64,000 nucleotides of DNA, taken from Adineta vaga. Its lineage: Eukaryota > Animalia > Rotifera. Shown here one piece after another: positions 39,201-50,839 of the stretch (its first letter is position 1; every line of letters begins with the position of its first letter). The stretch lies in assembly GCA_021613535.1 (NCBI GenBank), contig CP075497.1, positions 9,982,001 to 10,046,000 on the forward strand. Direction: 5' to 3'. Position numbers and translations under genes: made by a program. The notes under the pieces are model-generated. The model was not told the DNA's origin. It saw only the letters and a program-made list of their open reading frames with translations, and did no database searches.

Positions 39201-42089
39201 ACTAAGTGGTGGACAAAAACAACGAGGTAAGAAGAGGAAGGATTTGAAGAAGAGAAGAGAAGAGAAATGTTTGTCGGTTTTAGTGGCAATTGCTCGAGCA
39301 TTGATATCGAATCCAACGATTCTGTTATTAGATGAAGCAACAAGTGCACTTGGTTTGTAGTTTATTTTTGTGAGAAAGAGAAATGATGTTGATTGTTTGA
39401 AACAGATAATACAAGTGAGCGTGTTGTACAAGATGCCTTGGACAAAGCAAAGAAAGGTCGAACAACAATAGTGATTGCACATCGTTTGAGTACAATTCGA
39501 AATGCTGACTTAATAGTGGGATTGGAACGTGGACAAGTGGTAGAATATGGTAATCACGATGATCTGATGGAGAAGAGAGGTCTCTATTATGAATTAGTAA
39601 CAACTCAAACTCAAAAAGAAAAAGAGAAAGAAGCTGACCCAGATAGTGATAAAGAAGAAGATGAAGTCGAGAAAGAATTCGTTCGTCAGCGATCAAGTAT
39701 GTATTTCCCACACATATATTTGTGAAACTGATTGTTTAATTTATTCTAGCAAAACGTACTATATCAAAACAATCTAGTGTTTCAGCTAACGATTTTGATG
39801 AAGAAGATGATGATGATGATATAACAGCATCAGCTGATCCTTCAAAGAAGAAAAGGAAATTTTTACGTACTCCTTTCGTATTTAGAATTTTTAAATATAA
39901 TGCTCCAGAATGGTATTGGATTCTTCTTGGTTCAGTATCCTCTCTTATTTTTGGTGCAATGCAACCACTTTTCGCATTATTCTTTGCTCAAGTCTATGGT
40001 TTATTTGCTGAGCCAGATCTTGATGAGCAGAAGCGTCTAACAAGTCTCTATGCAGGAATCATCTTTCTCATTGGTCTAGCTGGTGGTTTAGCTCAATTCT
40101 TTGAGTCTTATGCATTCGCAAAATCTGGTGAAGCATTAACAAAACGTATGCGAATATTGACATTTTCTGCCATGCTTCGACAAGAAATGGGTTATTTTGA
40201 TATGGAAGCAAATTCAGTTGGTGCGCTTGTCACACGATTATCATCTGATGCATCTGCTTTAAAAGTAATGAACATTTGAATTCGTATTTTTTGCATGAAT
40301 TGTTTCTCATATATTATTAGGGTTTAACTGGTGTTCGTATTGGTATTATAATGCAAGCATTAAGTGCTGTAATAACCGCTCTTACTATTGCATTTACATC
40401 TGGTTGGAAATTAGCATTGATTGTTCTGTGTTTTGTTCCTGCTATGATGTTGAGTGGAATGCTTCAAGGTAAAAAGCTAGGCAAAGCAGATGAAGCAAAA
40501 GATAAAGGTTCATTCACTGAACAAGCTGGACAAGTATGTCGAAATAGAACTTCATTTATTATTATTATCGCACAATTTCATTTCGTTTCTTTGATGTAGC
40601 ATGCAACACAAGCTATCGAACAGATTAGAACTGTTGTTGCACTCCATCGTGAACAGTATTTTATTGATCTCTATGAAGATTCATTTAATAAAGAATTCAA
40701 GTAAGAAAAATCCTTTTTCCTTGTTCGTTGAATAAATGATAGTTGTATTTAGGAAACAAATGTGTCGTCTACATTTAACTGCACTCGGTGCTGGAATTGC
40801 TAATTCACTGATGTATTTTCTTCACAGTGCCAATTTCTCATTTGGTGCCAAACTTGTAACAAATAAAGAAATGGAATTTGATAAAGTATTTAGGTAAAGC
40901 TTGTTCAAATATGTATACTAACTATCTAGAATGATTATTATGATATAGAGTTTTTGCTGTTATTACCTTCGCTATGATAACAATTGGTCGTTCAATGGCA
41001 ATGATTCCTGATTATGCAAAAGGGAAAAAGGCAGCATTAAGAATATTACGACTTGATAAACGTCAATCACAAATCAATCCTCATGATGAATCTGGTATCA
41101 TATTGGTATGTATTGTGATTAGTTTTTTTTCATAAGAAGTTTTCTTTTTTTTTAAATATTCAGAAAGATGTTATTGGTGATATTGAATTCAATAATATTC
41201 GATTTCGATATCCAAGTCGACCAACTCTTCGTATCCTTCGAGACTTTTGCTTAGAATGTCCAGCAAATAGTACAACTGCCCTTGTCGGTCCATCCGGTAG
41301 TGGAAAATCAACTACAATTGGATTATTACAACGTTTCTATGATCCATTGAAAGGTAAAGTTTTACTTGATGGACATGATATCAAAGTTCTCAATCTTCGA
41401 TGGCTTCGATCAATAATGGGTCTTGTACAACAAGAACCAGTTCTATTCAATTTATCTATTCGAGAGAATATTGCTTATGGAGATAATAGTCGAGAAGTAA
41501 CACAAGAAGAGATTGAAAAGGCTGCAAGAATGGCTAACATTCATGAATTAATTATTGCATTACCTAGTGTAAGTTTCTTTTTTTATTTAAAATCTTTTTT
41601 CATGATTGATTTTTAAGGGTTATGATACATCATGTGGCGCTAAAGGTAGTCAATTATCGGGCGGACAAAAACAACGAAGTAAGTAGAATAAAATGAATTG
41701 ATAAAAACAAATCATTGATGTATTTACATGTTTTATTTTAGTTGCTATTGCTCGAGCATTAGTTCGTTCACCGAAACTTCTTCTTCTAGATGAAGCAACA
41801 TCAGCTTTGGATAATAAGAGCGAAAAAGTAGTACAAGCAGCGTTAGATAATGCCCGATCTGGTCGAACATGTTTGACTATTGCACATCGTTTATCAACTA
41901 TACAAAATTCCGAAAAAATTGCTGTTGTTGATCGAGGCAGAATGAAAGAAGAGGTGAGTGTGATTGGTTTATTGTTAATGGGGAAAACAACTTTTCTTTC
42001 GTTCTGTTTGTTAGGGTTCACATGATGAACTTTTGCAATTAAATGGAATCTATGCTAAATTAATATTATCACAAGAAAGATCGAATTAG
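36300..42089 (+). CDS. ABCB1: ABCB1/P-glycoprotein full transporter, copy 1
   Basis: TMD-NBD-TMD-NBD layout: [52 protein letters not shown]; the second half has [28 protein letters not shown]. Stop TAG at 42087-42089. Confidence 0.95.
38728..39508 (+). repeat. Near-identical paralogous tract (NBD1), copy 1
   Basis: Matches 46754-47528 almost base for base, including four introns. Confidence 0.92.
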
Positions 42090-42153
42090 GACCGTGTTGT
42101 GAAAGTACAGTTTGTCTCCGAAAAATACCATAATCTTGGTCAAATATTGAAGT

Positions 42154-42182
42154 TTAATAATAATAATAATAATAATAATAAT
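42154..42182 (+). repeat. (TAA)n microsatellite in the 3'UTR of ABCB1 copy 1
   Basis: About 10 perfect TAA units. Confidence 0.85.
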
Positions 42183-43081
42183 ATTATGTTTTATCTGTTA
42201 ATTATAATCATTGATTGTAAATATCTCATTTTTTCAGTTCTACGTTGAATTTTTTTTTTGTTATATTAAATACGTTTCAATAAATATATCGGCTTGTTAT
42301 TCGAGAGAAAAAATTCCAATCATTAAAACATTTTTATTATTATTATTCTACTCATGACTAATTGTAACAGCAGTACAATGAGTAGTGTTCAGTTATTCGA
42401 AACACTACTTTCATGGTGTTTTACTAGAATCTGTGTTCGTTAGGACAAGTTTCTTACAATCATAAACCAAACAAAAAATATATCTGTGATAGAGTATTAT
42501 GAGATGATGCAATCGTTTTCATGACACATACAACGTCTAACGCAATGTTTATTTGACTTGGAAAAGATACAGAACAAATTGTGAAAATATCAACCCAATA
42601 AACTTTTAATCGAATATTGAAATTCTATCTAAAAAAAGATACATTCAGATGTTGTTTATAAATTTCTATAACGAAATAAATTACATTAACTAATCACGGT
42701 GGTCATTTGGATTGAAAATGATCAAGAAATACAGTTCATGTTGAGTTCGAGTTCGGATGTAGATATTCATAATTTTTATAAAGATTTTGCAAATATCGAA
42801 GGTCACGACCGTGCGTTCTCGTACGTAAAAGCACCTTAAGAATAGTGATATACATATCATCATAAAAAGAGGACATAAACACACAGTAAATTTTTATGTG
42901 AGTCTTATCTGTCTTCAAAACTCTGAATATAAAACACTCACCATTATTATTCTACTTTTATCCTTATTCTTACAGGTAGATATTGAAAACAACAATGACA
43001 ATAAAAAAATGAATCCTAGATTGTCATGTGGATTATTTTCATTGATTTAGATTTATATATTTTTTAAAGACAAATTTATCG

Positions 43082-46000
43082 ATGTCATTCGTCGCGAGAT
43101 GGAAAAAAACTACTTGGACTCTTGATCATGAAAATACAGATCCAAATAATCCAAGCAATCAGTATAACAATACAAATGGACATGCAACAAACTCACAATT
43201 AACATCTAATCATCATTTACAGTATGTATATACTCTCATTAAAGTACAGCGTCCTCTTTCGACAGAATCAAGATGAGTCCAAGTTCTCTCTATTAATTAT
43301 GGAAGAAAAATCTGTTTGTTTTCGTTACCTGATCTGAATTGATAATTCGTATTCTTCTTTTATCAATATAAGATTAGTTTTCTTCGGTTATCTAACCACG
43401 TGCTTTTCTATTCCAACCAATAAGTTTTCATTTCATATAATTGATCAGCTGTTTCCTGTCATTCAGTGTATTCTGATTGATTAAGAAATGACACATTCTG
43501 ATTGTGTGAATGAAATTAACTGAAATGGGCAAATTTAAAAGAAGAAATAGTAATCGAAACAGGTGTATTCCGTCTCTATCATTTCCGATTAATTCATACG
43601 TGCAAAATTTATTTATTTAGGTCAAATGGAGTCATTATTGGTGAAGACAATGAATTGAAAAAGAATTTATTTAAGCAGAAAAATACTAATGAACATGCTG
43701 AATCAACTGTTGTGATTGAAAAAGAAAAAAATCCTTCGTAAGATTTCTTTTTATGAATTGATTGTTATTTATTTTCGATATTGTAGAAAGAAAAATGTAC
43801 CCGCTGGTCGAAAACTGGGATTTTTTGAAATTGTAAATATTTATTCCGTAGGAATATTTTCATTTTTGGAAAATCTAATTTCTATTTTATAGTATAAATT
43901 TGCCGATATGTTGGATGTTATTTGTATGTTCATCGGTAGTATAGCATGTGTCGGTACTGGGTAAGAATTAAATGATTAATATGTCTATTATGATTCATAA
44001 TAGACATCATAGTGGGAGTTAAAACTGTTTTTTGAAAAGTTATAAGTTGAGAAAAATCAAAAAAAGTTGAAACGCTTATAACTGAGGTTATAACTATCAA
44101 TCATGGTTATAACCTTCAACCGCAGTTATAACCTTTAACCATGGTTATAACCCTCAACCACAGTTATAACCTTCAACTGTAGTTATAAACTTTAACCAGA
44201 GTTATAAGTATGGACGTGTTTAGAACTTCGAACATTATTAGCTTTATGATGTCTATGAGCTAATTTAATCGAATCGAAACAGCAACTGCTACGGTCTCTA
44301 GGTTTGTTTAGCTCAAGCAACAAAGATACGAGTAACAATATGTGAGCTAAGACATTTTTGCGAAAAGTTAAAAGGGTGAGAAAAATCAAAAAAGTTGAAA
44401 TGGTTATAACTAAGATTATAACTATCAACCATGGTTATAACCTTCAACCAGAGTTATAACTTTCAACCCTAAGTTATAACTCTAGATTATAGTTATAGCT
44501 ATCAACTACAGTTATAAATCGCAGAAGTCACTATAGTGGATACATAGAAAAAATGCATTTTTGTATTGTTGGTTTCATTCCGATTTATGTATATAGAAGA
44601 AACGATAGCGTAAGTTACACATAAATAAGTTCAAACGTATATAAAAATGAATCTGATAATTATGGCTTTTTAAATAGAAGATCTAGAGAAAATAGTAGTT
44701 CTTTAGAAAGTTCTGTCGAATATAACAATAAGCTGAAGTAATTCTAATTTTAATATAATTAAATTAGCTCATAGACATCATAAAGCTAATAATGTTCGAA
44801 GTTCTAAACACGTTCATACTTATAACTCTGGTTAAAGTTTATAACTACAGTTGAAGGTTATAACTGCGGTTGAAAGTTATAACTGCGGTTGAAGGTTATA
44901 ACCATGGTTGATAGTTACAACTGATTTAACTTTTAGACTAAAAAGTTAATTGGTTATAACCTAAAAGTTATAACTCGAGTTATAACTCGACCAGTTTTAA
45001 CTCCCACTATGATTATGATCTATAAAAAAAAATATATGTCATCCGTTTTCTAGTGCGGTATTTCCATTAATGATGTTTATCTATGAAGGTAGATATTATC
45101 TAATAGAAAATTCATTTCTATTCTATCAAATATCATGTAGGTGTTGCAAGTTCGCTCGTTACTGTGAGTGTTACTGAAATGCCAGCCAATATATCTTTCG
45201 CTGGAATCAATCCAAATTGGTTTGAATTTGAAATAATTCGTACAACAAATAAATTCTTTTCGTTGTTAATAGCATTCCAAAACCACCGAATTCAACCACA
45301 GATGTTATCTTAGAACTTCGAGAGAGAATCAAATGGTATTTGATATTAGGATCTATAAGTATCGTATGCTATTGGGTTGGATATTCATTATGGGTATGAA
45401 AAGAAAGAACATAAAAGCCTTTGGTAGAAAATTGAACGAAGAATGTTTATTTAGATGATTGCAGCAGAACGTCAAGTACGACGAATGCGATATGCTCTAT
45501 TTCGATCAGTAATGACACAAGAATTGGGATGGTTTGATAAATTAAATGCGGGTGAACTGAGTAGTCGTTTAGTAGCAGATCTAGGTATGAGATAAATAGA
45601 GATTATTCGATAAATTTTGCTTTGTTCTTATAGATAAAATTCGTGATGGTCTAGGAGATAAAAAAGCGGATTTTATTAGTTTAATTTGTCGACTCATCGG
45701 TGGTCTTGTTTTTGCTTTTACCAGTGGTAAGTTTTTGAAAAATTTATATCTACTATTGACGCTAAATTTTTTGTATAGGTTGGAAATTAGCGTTAGTTTT
45801 TATATCACTTAGTCCATTAACTATTATTGCATTCAATATAACCATGCGAGTATGTTGATACTTATCTTATCAGGTCATTACCTAACAGTTGATGGGTTTT
45901 TTTTTTTTTTGTAAAACTAGATTATTATTAAATATACCAAAGCAGAAGTCACAGCGTACTCTAAAGCAAGTGCTGTAGCTCAAGAAGTTCTTGGTTCGAT

Positions 46001-49000
46001 ACGAACTGTAACAGCATTTGGTGGACAAAGGAAAGAAGAAGAAAGGTTCGAGATGAATACAGTTAAGCGAAATATAATATTAACTGGTACTCTCCATTTA
46101 TTTAGATTTGCAGCCAATTTAATTGATGCGAAAAAAATTGGGATAAAAAAAGGTCTTTATATGGGTATATGTCAAGGTATTGCACAAGTGGCAATCTATC
46201 TTTCATTTTCTATTACATTTTGGTGTAAGTATTGAGTTATTTCTATCTTCTCATTCAAATTTTTTCTCATTCAGATGGACCACATCTTGTTCGAACAGAA
46301 TGTGAAAATTATAATGGTGGCACTGTGATTGTTGTATGTAAACGTCAATATGAGATTAGAAAATCTCTAATAATTGATTGAATTTCTGTTTAGGTATTTA
46401 TATCATGTTTACAATCAACTTTTAGTATTTCTCAAATAGTACCGAATTTGCAAGCATTTGCAGAAGCATCTGGTAGTGGTGGTTTTGTCTTTGATATCAT
46501 TTCAAGAGTAATTTTTCATCATATTATTTGTATAGAAAATTGCTTATATGATATTTCGAATAGGTTTCTAAAATTCATCCTTTTGCAAATCAAGGTGAAA
46601 CACCATCAACGATTGTAGGTGATATTGAACTAAAAAATGTTACATTTACTTATCCAGCTCGAGAAGATACACCAGTATATATGATACATGATTATCTTGT
46701 TTCACTTTCAAGAATATATATTTCTCTAGATTTTGAAAAACATCAGTATGAAGATTCCATCTGGTAAAACAGTTGCACTTGTTGGAGCATCTGGTTGTGG
46801 AAGTAAACAATACATCACATCTTTCATTCTCCCATACTCACTCTTGTTTTTCTTCTTCTTCTTCTTCTTCTTTTACTCTTCATAGAAAGTACAACCATTC
46901 AGCTCATCCAACGATTCTATGATCCTGAACATGGACAAGTTCTTCTCGATGGTAAAGATATCAAATCATTGAATGTTGCTTGGCTTCGTTCACATATCGG
47001 CATCGTTAGTCAAGAGCCTGTTCTCTTCACTGGATCAATCGAAGAAAACATTCGATTTGGTAAACCAAATGCAACTGATGATGAAGTGCAACATGCAGCT
47101 CAAATGGCGAATGCACATGAGTTCATCATGCAACTTCCTGACGTACGATCCACCATCTTTTCTATTCTTATCTGAGATGATGATTGTTTGTATTTTTCAA
47201 TAGAATTACAAAACATCATCAGGCGACAAACTAAGTGGTGGACAAAAACAACGAGGTAAGAAGAAGAAGAAGAGAAGAGAAGAGAAATGTTTGTTGGTTT
47301 TAGTGGCAATTGCTCGAGCATTGATATCGAATCCAACGATTCTGTTGTTAGATGAAGCAACAAGTGCACTTGGTTTGTAGTTTATTTTTGTGAGAAAGAG
47401 AAATGATGTTGATTGCTTGAAACAGATAATACGAGTGAGCGTGTTGTACAAGATGCCTTGGACAAAGCAAAGAAAGGTCGAACAACAATAGTAATAGCAC
47501 ATCGTTTGAGTACAATTCGAAATGCTGATCTAATCATTGCTCTGGATAAAGGTGAAGTCATAGAAAATGGTAATCACGATGATCTGATGGAGAAGAAAGG
47601 TCTCTATTTTGAGTTGGTAACTGCACAACAACGTAAAGAGACAAATGAAAATGTTGATTCATCGGATGATGAGGATCCAGCCGATACAGATGATAAATGT
47701 AAGTGATAACTCTACTGAAATTAGTTAATTTTTATTTTCTTTCATTAAAGCTGAATTAAATCGTAAACGTACAATGTCATTTGGTTCGATACAGTCAGCT
47801 ACATCTGATACTCCGGATGATGCTGTCGCAGATGGTACAATAGTTGCAATAGCCCATAAAAAATTCTTTCGTACACCATTTATTTTTAAAATTCTAAAAC
47901 TGAATTTGCCGGAGTTAAAATGGATTATACTTGGATGTATATCATCAGTGGCTTTTGGTTGTTTAACACCTGTAAGTCTCTCTCTCTCGCTCTTTCTGAA
48001 AAGAAATCTTTACAAAAATTCATTAACGTTTTTTGTGTTACAGATTTTTGCATTATTTTTCTCAAATATTTATGGATTATTTGGTGAACAAGACATCGAT
48101 AAAGCAAATATTCTAACTCGTAATTATGTCTTGATAATTTTTTTTACTGGTGTTGCCGGTGGCTTATGTCAATGTATCAGTAGTGTTGCTTTTTCGAAAA
48201 GTGGTGAAGCATTAACAATGCGTATGCGAATTATGTCATTTGAATCGATGTTAAGACAAGAAATTGGTTGGTTTGATAGAGAAGAGAATAATCTTGGTGC
48301 TCTCGTTACTCAACTTTCTTCGGATGCATCAAGTTTAAAAGTAAGAAAAAGAGAAAATTTCTTAATTGGAAAACAGAAGATATTCATTGTTTTCTTTTCT
48401 CTTGATAATAGGGTTTATCAGGTCTTCGAATGGGTATTATTTTAAATGCTGTAGGTGCGATTATATGTGCATTATCAATTGCATTTTCCGCTGGATGGAA
48501 ACTAACCTTGGTGATACTATTATTTATCCCATTTATGATTTTTGCAGGCATTTTGCAAGGTAGACGAATGGCAAATGCAAATAATCAAAAAAAAGCTACC
48601 GAACAACAAAAAGAAAAATTATCTTGGGCAGAAAAAGGAGGAATGGTAAGTGATCTCTTCTTACTTTTGAATAACATTATTTACAATTTAAGTAATAAAT
48701 ATACATATATATATATATATTTCAGTATGCAACAGAAGCTATTGATAGTATTCGTACGGTTGTTGGACTTCATCAAGAACAGTATTTTATTTCCAATTAT
48801 GAAGATTGTTTTAATAGAAGTTTTCGGTAAGCATTCAGTTTCTTTTTCGAAAATGATATTTAGTTGATTTATATAGACAATCAATGGTCAAAATTCAAAT
48901 ACAATCTATTGGAACCGCTATAGCCAATTCATTGATGTTTTTTATTCATGCAACAGCATTTGGATATGGAAGTGTTCTTGTTGAAAACAAAGAAATGGAA

Positions 49001-50239
49001 GTGATATATGTTTTTCGGTAAGTAAATAACAAGTTTTTGATATGAAAAACAATAATATGATGAATATGGTTATTTGTAGAGTTTTTTCAGTCATTACTTT
49101 TGGTGCGATGAGTGTTGGACGGTAAGACTTTCGATAGATAGTTTTCTCGATAGAATTTATTCTTATAGATCAACAGCAATGATACCCGATTATGCGAAAG
49201 GAAAAGAAAGTGCCATTCGAATTTTGAAATTAAATAATCGTCAATCCCAAATTAATCCTCAGAAAACTGATGGCATTGTATTGGTAAGTATATTTAAACG
49301 AATGAAATACTAATGTTTCATAACGACATACATTTATAAAGTTATCTTATATTTTTAGAATAATATGATTGGTAATATTCAATTCGAGCAAGTAAAATTC
49401 AAATATCCATCACGACCAACATTACGCGTTTTAAAAGATTTCAATCTATTGGCAAATGCTGGACAAACAACTGCACTATGTGGACCAAGTGGTTCAGGGT
49501 ATGTCATACTTTTCTTTTTTCTCGATAATCCATTATCTTTTTATCTATAATTATTAGAAAAAGTACATCTGTTGCACTTCTCCTTCGATTTTATGATCCA
49601 TACCAAGGTACTGTGTTACTCGATGGCCATGATATTCGAACATTAAGTTTAGCATGGTTACGATCTCAAATTGGTTTTGTTCAACAAGAACCAGTGCTAT
49701 TTAATTTAAGTATTCGTGATAACATTGCATATGGTGATAATACAAGAATTGTTTCGCAAGAAGAAATTGAACAAGCAGCAAAAAAAGCAAACATTCATGA
49801 TGTTATTATTACATTACCTGATGTAAATAGATCTTTTTCGAAGATTATCGTTATATATATATATATATTTGTTACTACATCATTTTAGGGATATGGTACT
49901 TTGTGTGGAACGAAAGGTAGTCAAATGAGTGGTGGACAAAAACAACGAATTGCTATTGCACGTGCATTAATACGTGATCCAAAACTTCTTCTTCTTGATG
50001 AAGCCACATCTGCATTAGATATTCATAGTGAAAAAGTTGTTCAAGATGCTCTAGATATTGCACGAAATGGTCGTACATGTTTAACAATTGCACATCGTTT
50101 AATAACAATTAGAAATTCAGACAAAATTGTTGTCGTCGATCATGGAAGAATTAAAGAAAGTGGAACACATGATGAACTTATGGAACAAAGAGGCATCTTC
50201 TACAAATTAAATATAGCTCAGGAGAGAAATGATGAATGA
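43082..50239 (+). CDS. ABCB1: ABCB1/P-glycoprotein full transporter, copy 2 (two candidate first coding exons, ATG 43082 or 43525)
   Basis: [18 protein letters not shown], both NBDs with Walker A, signature (LSGGQ and MSGGQ), Walker B and H-loop. Ends ERNDE* at 50239. Confidence 0.93.
44008..45011. mobile_element. Non-autonomous hAT-like / foldback MITE in an ABCB1 copy-2 intron
   Basis: Perfect 20-bp TIRs (CATAGTGGGAGTTAAAACTG at 44008 and CAGTTTTAACTCCCACTATG ending 45011). An 8-bp ATTATGAT occurs at both 43987-43994 and 45012-45019. Internal inverted arms lie at ~44091-44269 and ~44758-44917. No transposase ORF. Removing it leaves a normal ~68-nt intron. Confidence 0.88.
44106..44208. repeat. 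19-bp tandem subterminal repeats (GTTATAAC core)
   Basis: Units GTTATAACCTTCAACCGCA and variants start at 44106, 44125, 44144, 44163, 44182 and 44201. Further arrays occur at ~44403-44518 and, inverted, at ~44820-44990. Confidence 0.9.
46754..47528 (+). repeat. Near-identical paralogous tract (NBD1), copy 2
   Basis: Matches 38728-39508; the flanking sequences diverge abruptly. Confidence 0.92.
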
Positions 50240-50839
50240 AAATATCTATTTTTTAACATTTTACTTCTATTTGTTCAGTACTCTATATATGTATGTATGT
50301 ATATATATATGCATCTATGTGGTTGTTTATGTCCGATATATTCAAGTTTCGTTTTTAGTTGTTTTTCTTTCAATAGTTATTTTGTGAACAATTGTTTTCT
50401 ATAGATATAACAATTGTAATAAATGAAAAATGGATGTGAAAAAGATTTATATTTGTTGTATCTATGAAAAATAAGTAATGATACAAAACAACTTTCTTTT
50501 GACAATATTTTCAATTTGGAAATGTCGTCTATATTTATTGCAAGATCAACAAGAATCAAATATACACAAAAGACTATACGAAACGTCATTTTGTTTCTTT
50601 CACCAAAGATGGACAAAGAGACAGAAAGAGAGAAAGAGAGAGAGAGATCCGCATATTGTATTATCCAAATTTGATAACGGATAACGAAGGAAAGAAAGTC
50701 GATTAGAATAAACACACACAAAAAAACAAAAGTATTTGTATTTGTTTGTTTCTTGAATGATAAGCGCATACACATATTTACGAAAACAATAAGAAGTGAA
50801 AGCCGACTTCTATGAAAGTTAATTAAATGATTCGTTTAA

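Noticed and set aside
42690-42918. Small ORFs between the ABCB1 copies
   Set aside because: No splice context or recognisable motif; more plausibly promoter sequence.
44192-44428. 78-aa hydrophobic ORF inside the MITE
   Set aside because: It arises from translating the repeats and has no transposase features.
44106-44990. Regular palindromic repeats resembling a CRISPR array
   Set aside because: The period is only 19 bp, the intervening bases are homologous rather than unique spacers, there are no cas genes, and it lies within a eukaryotic TIR element.
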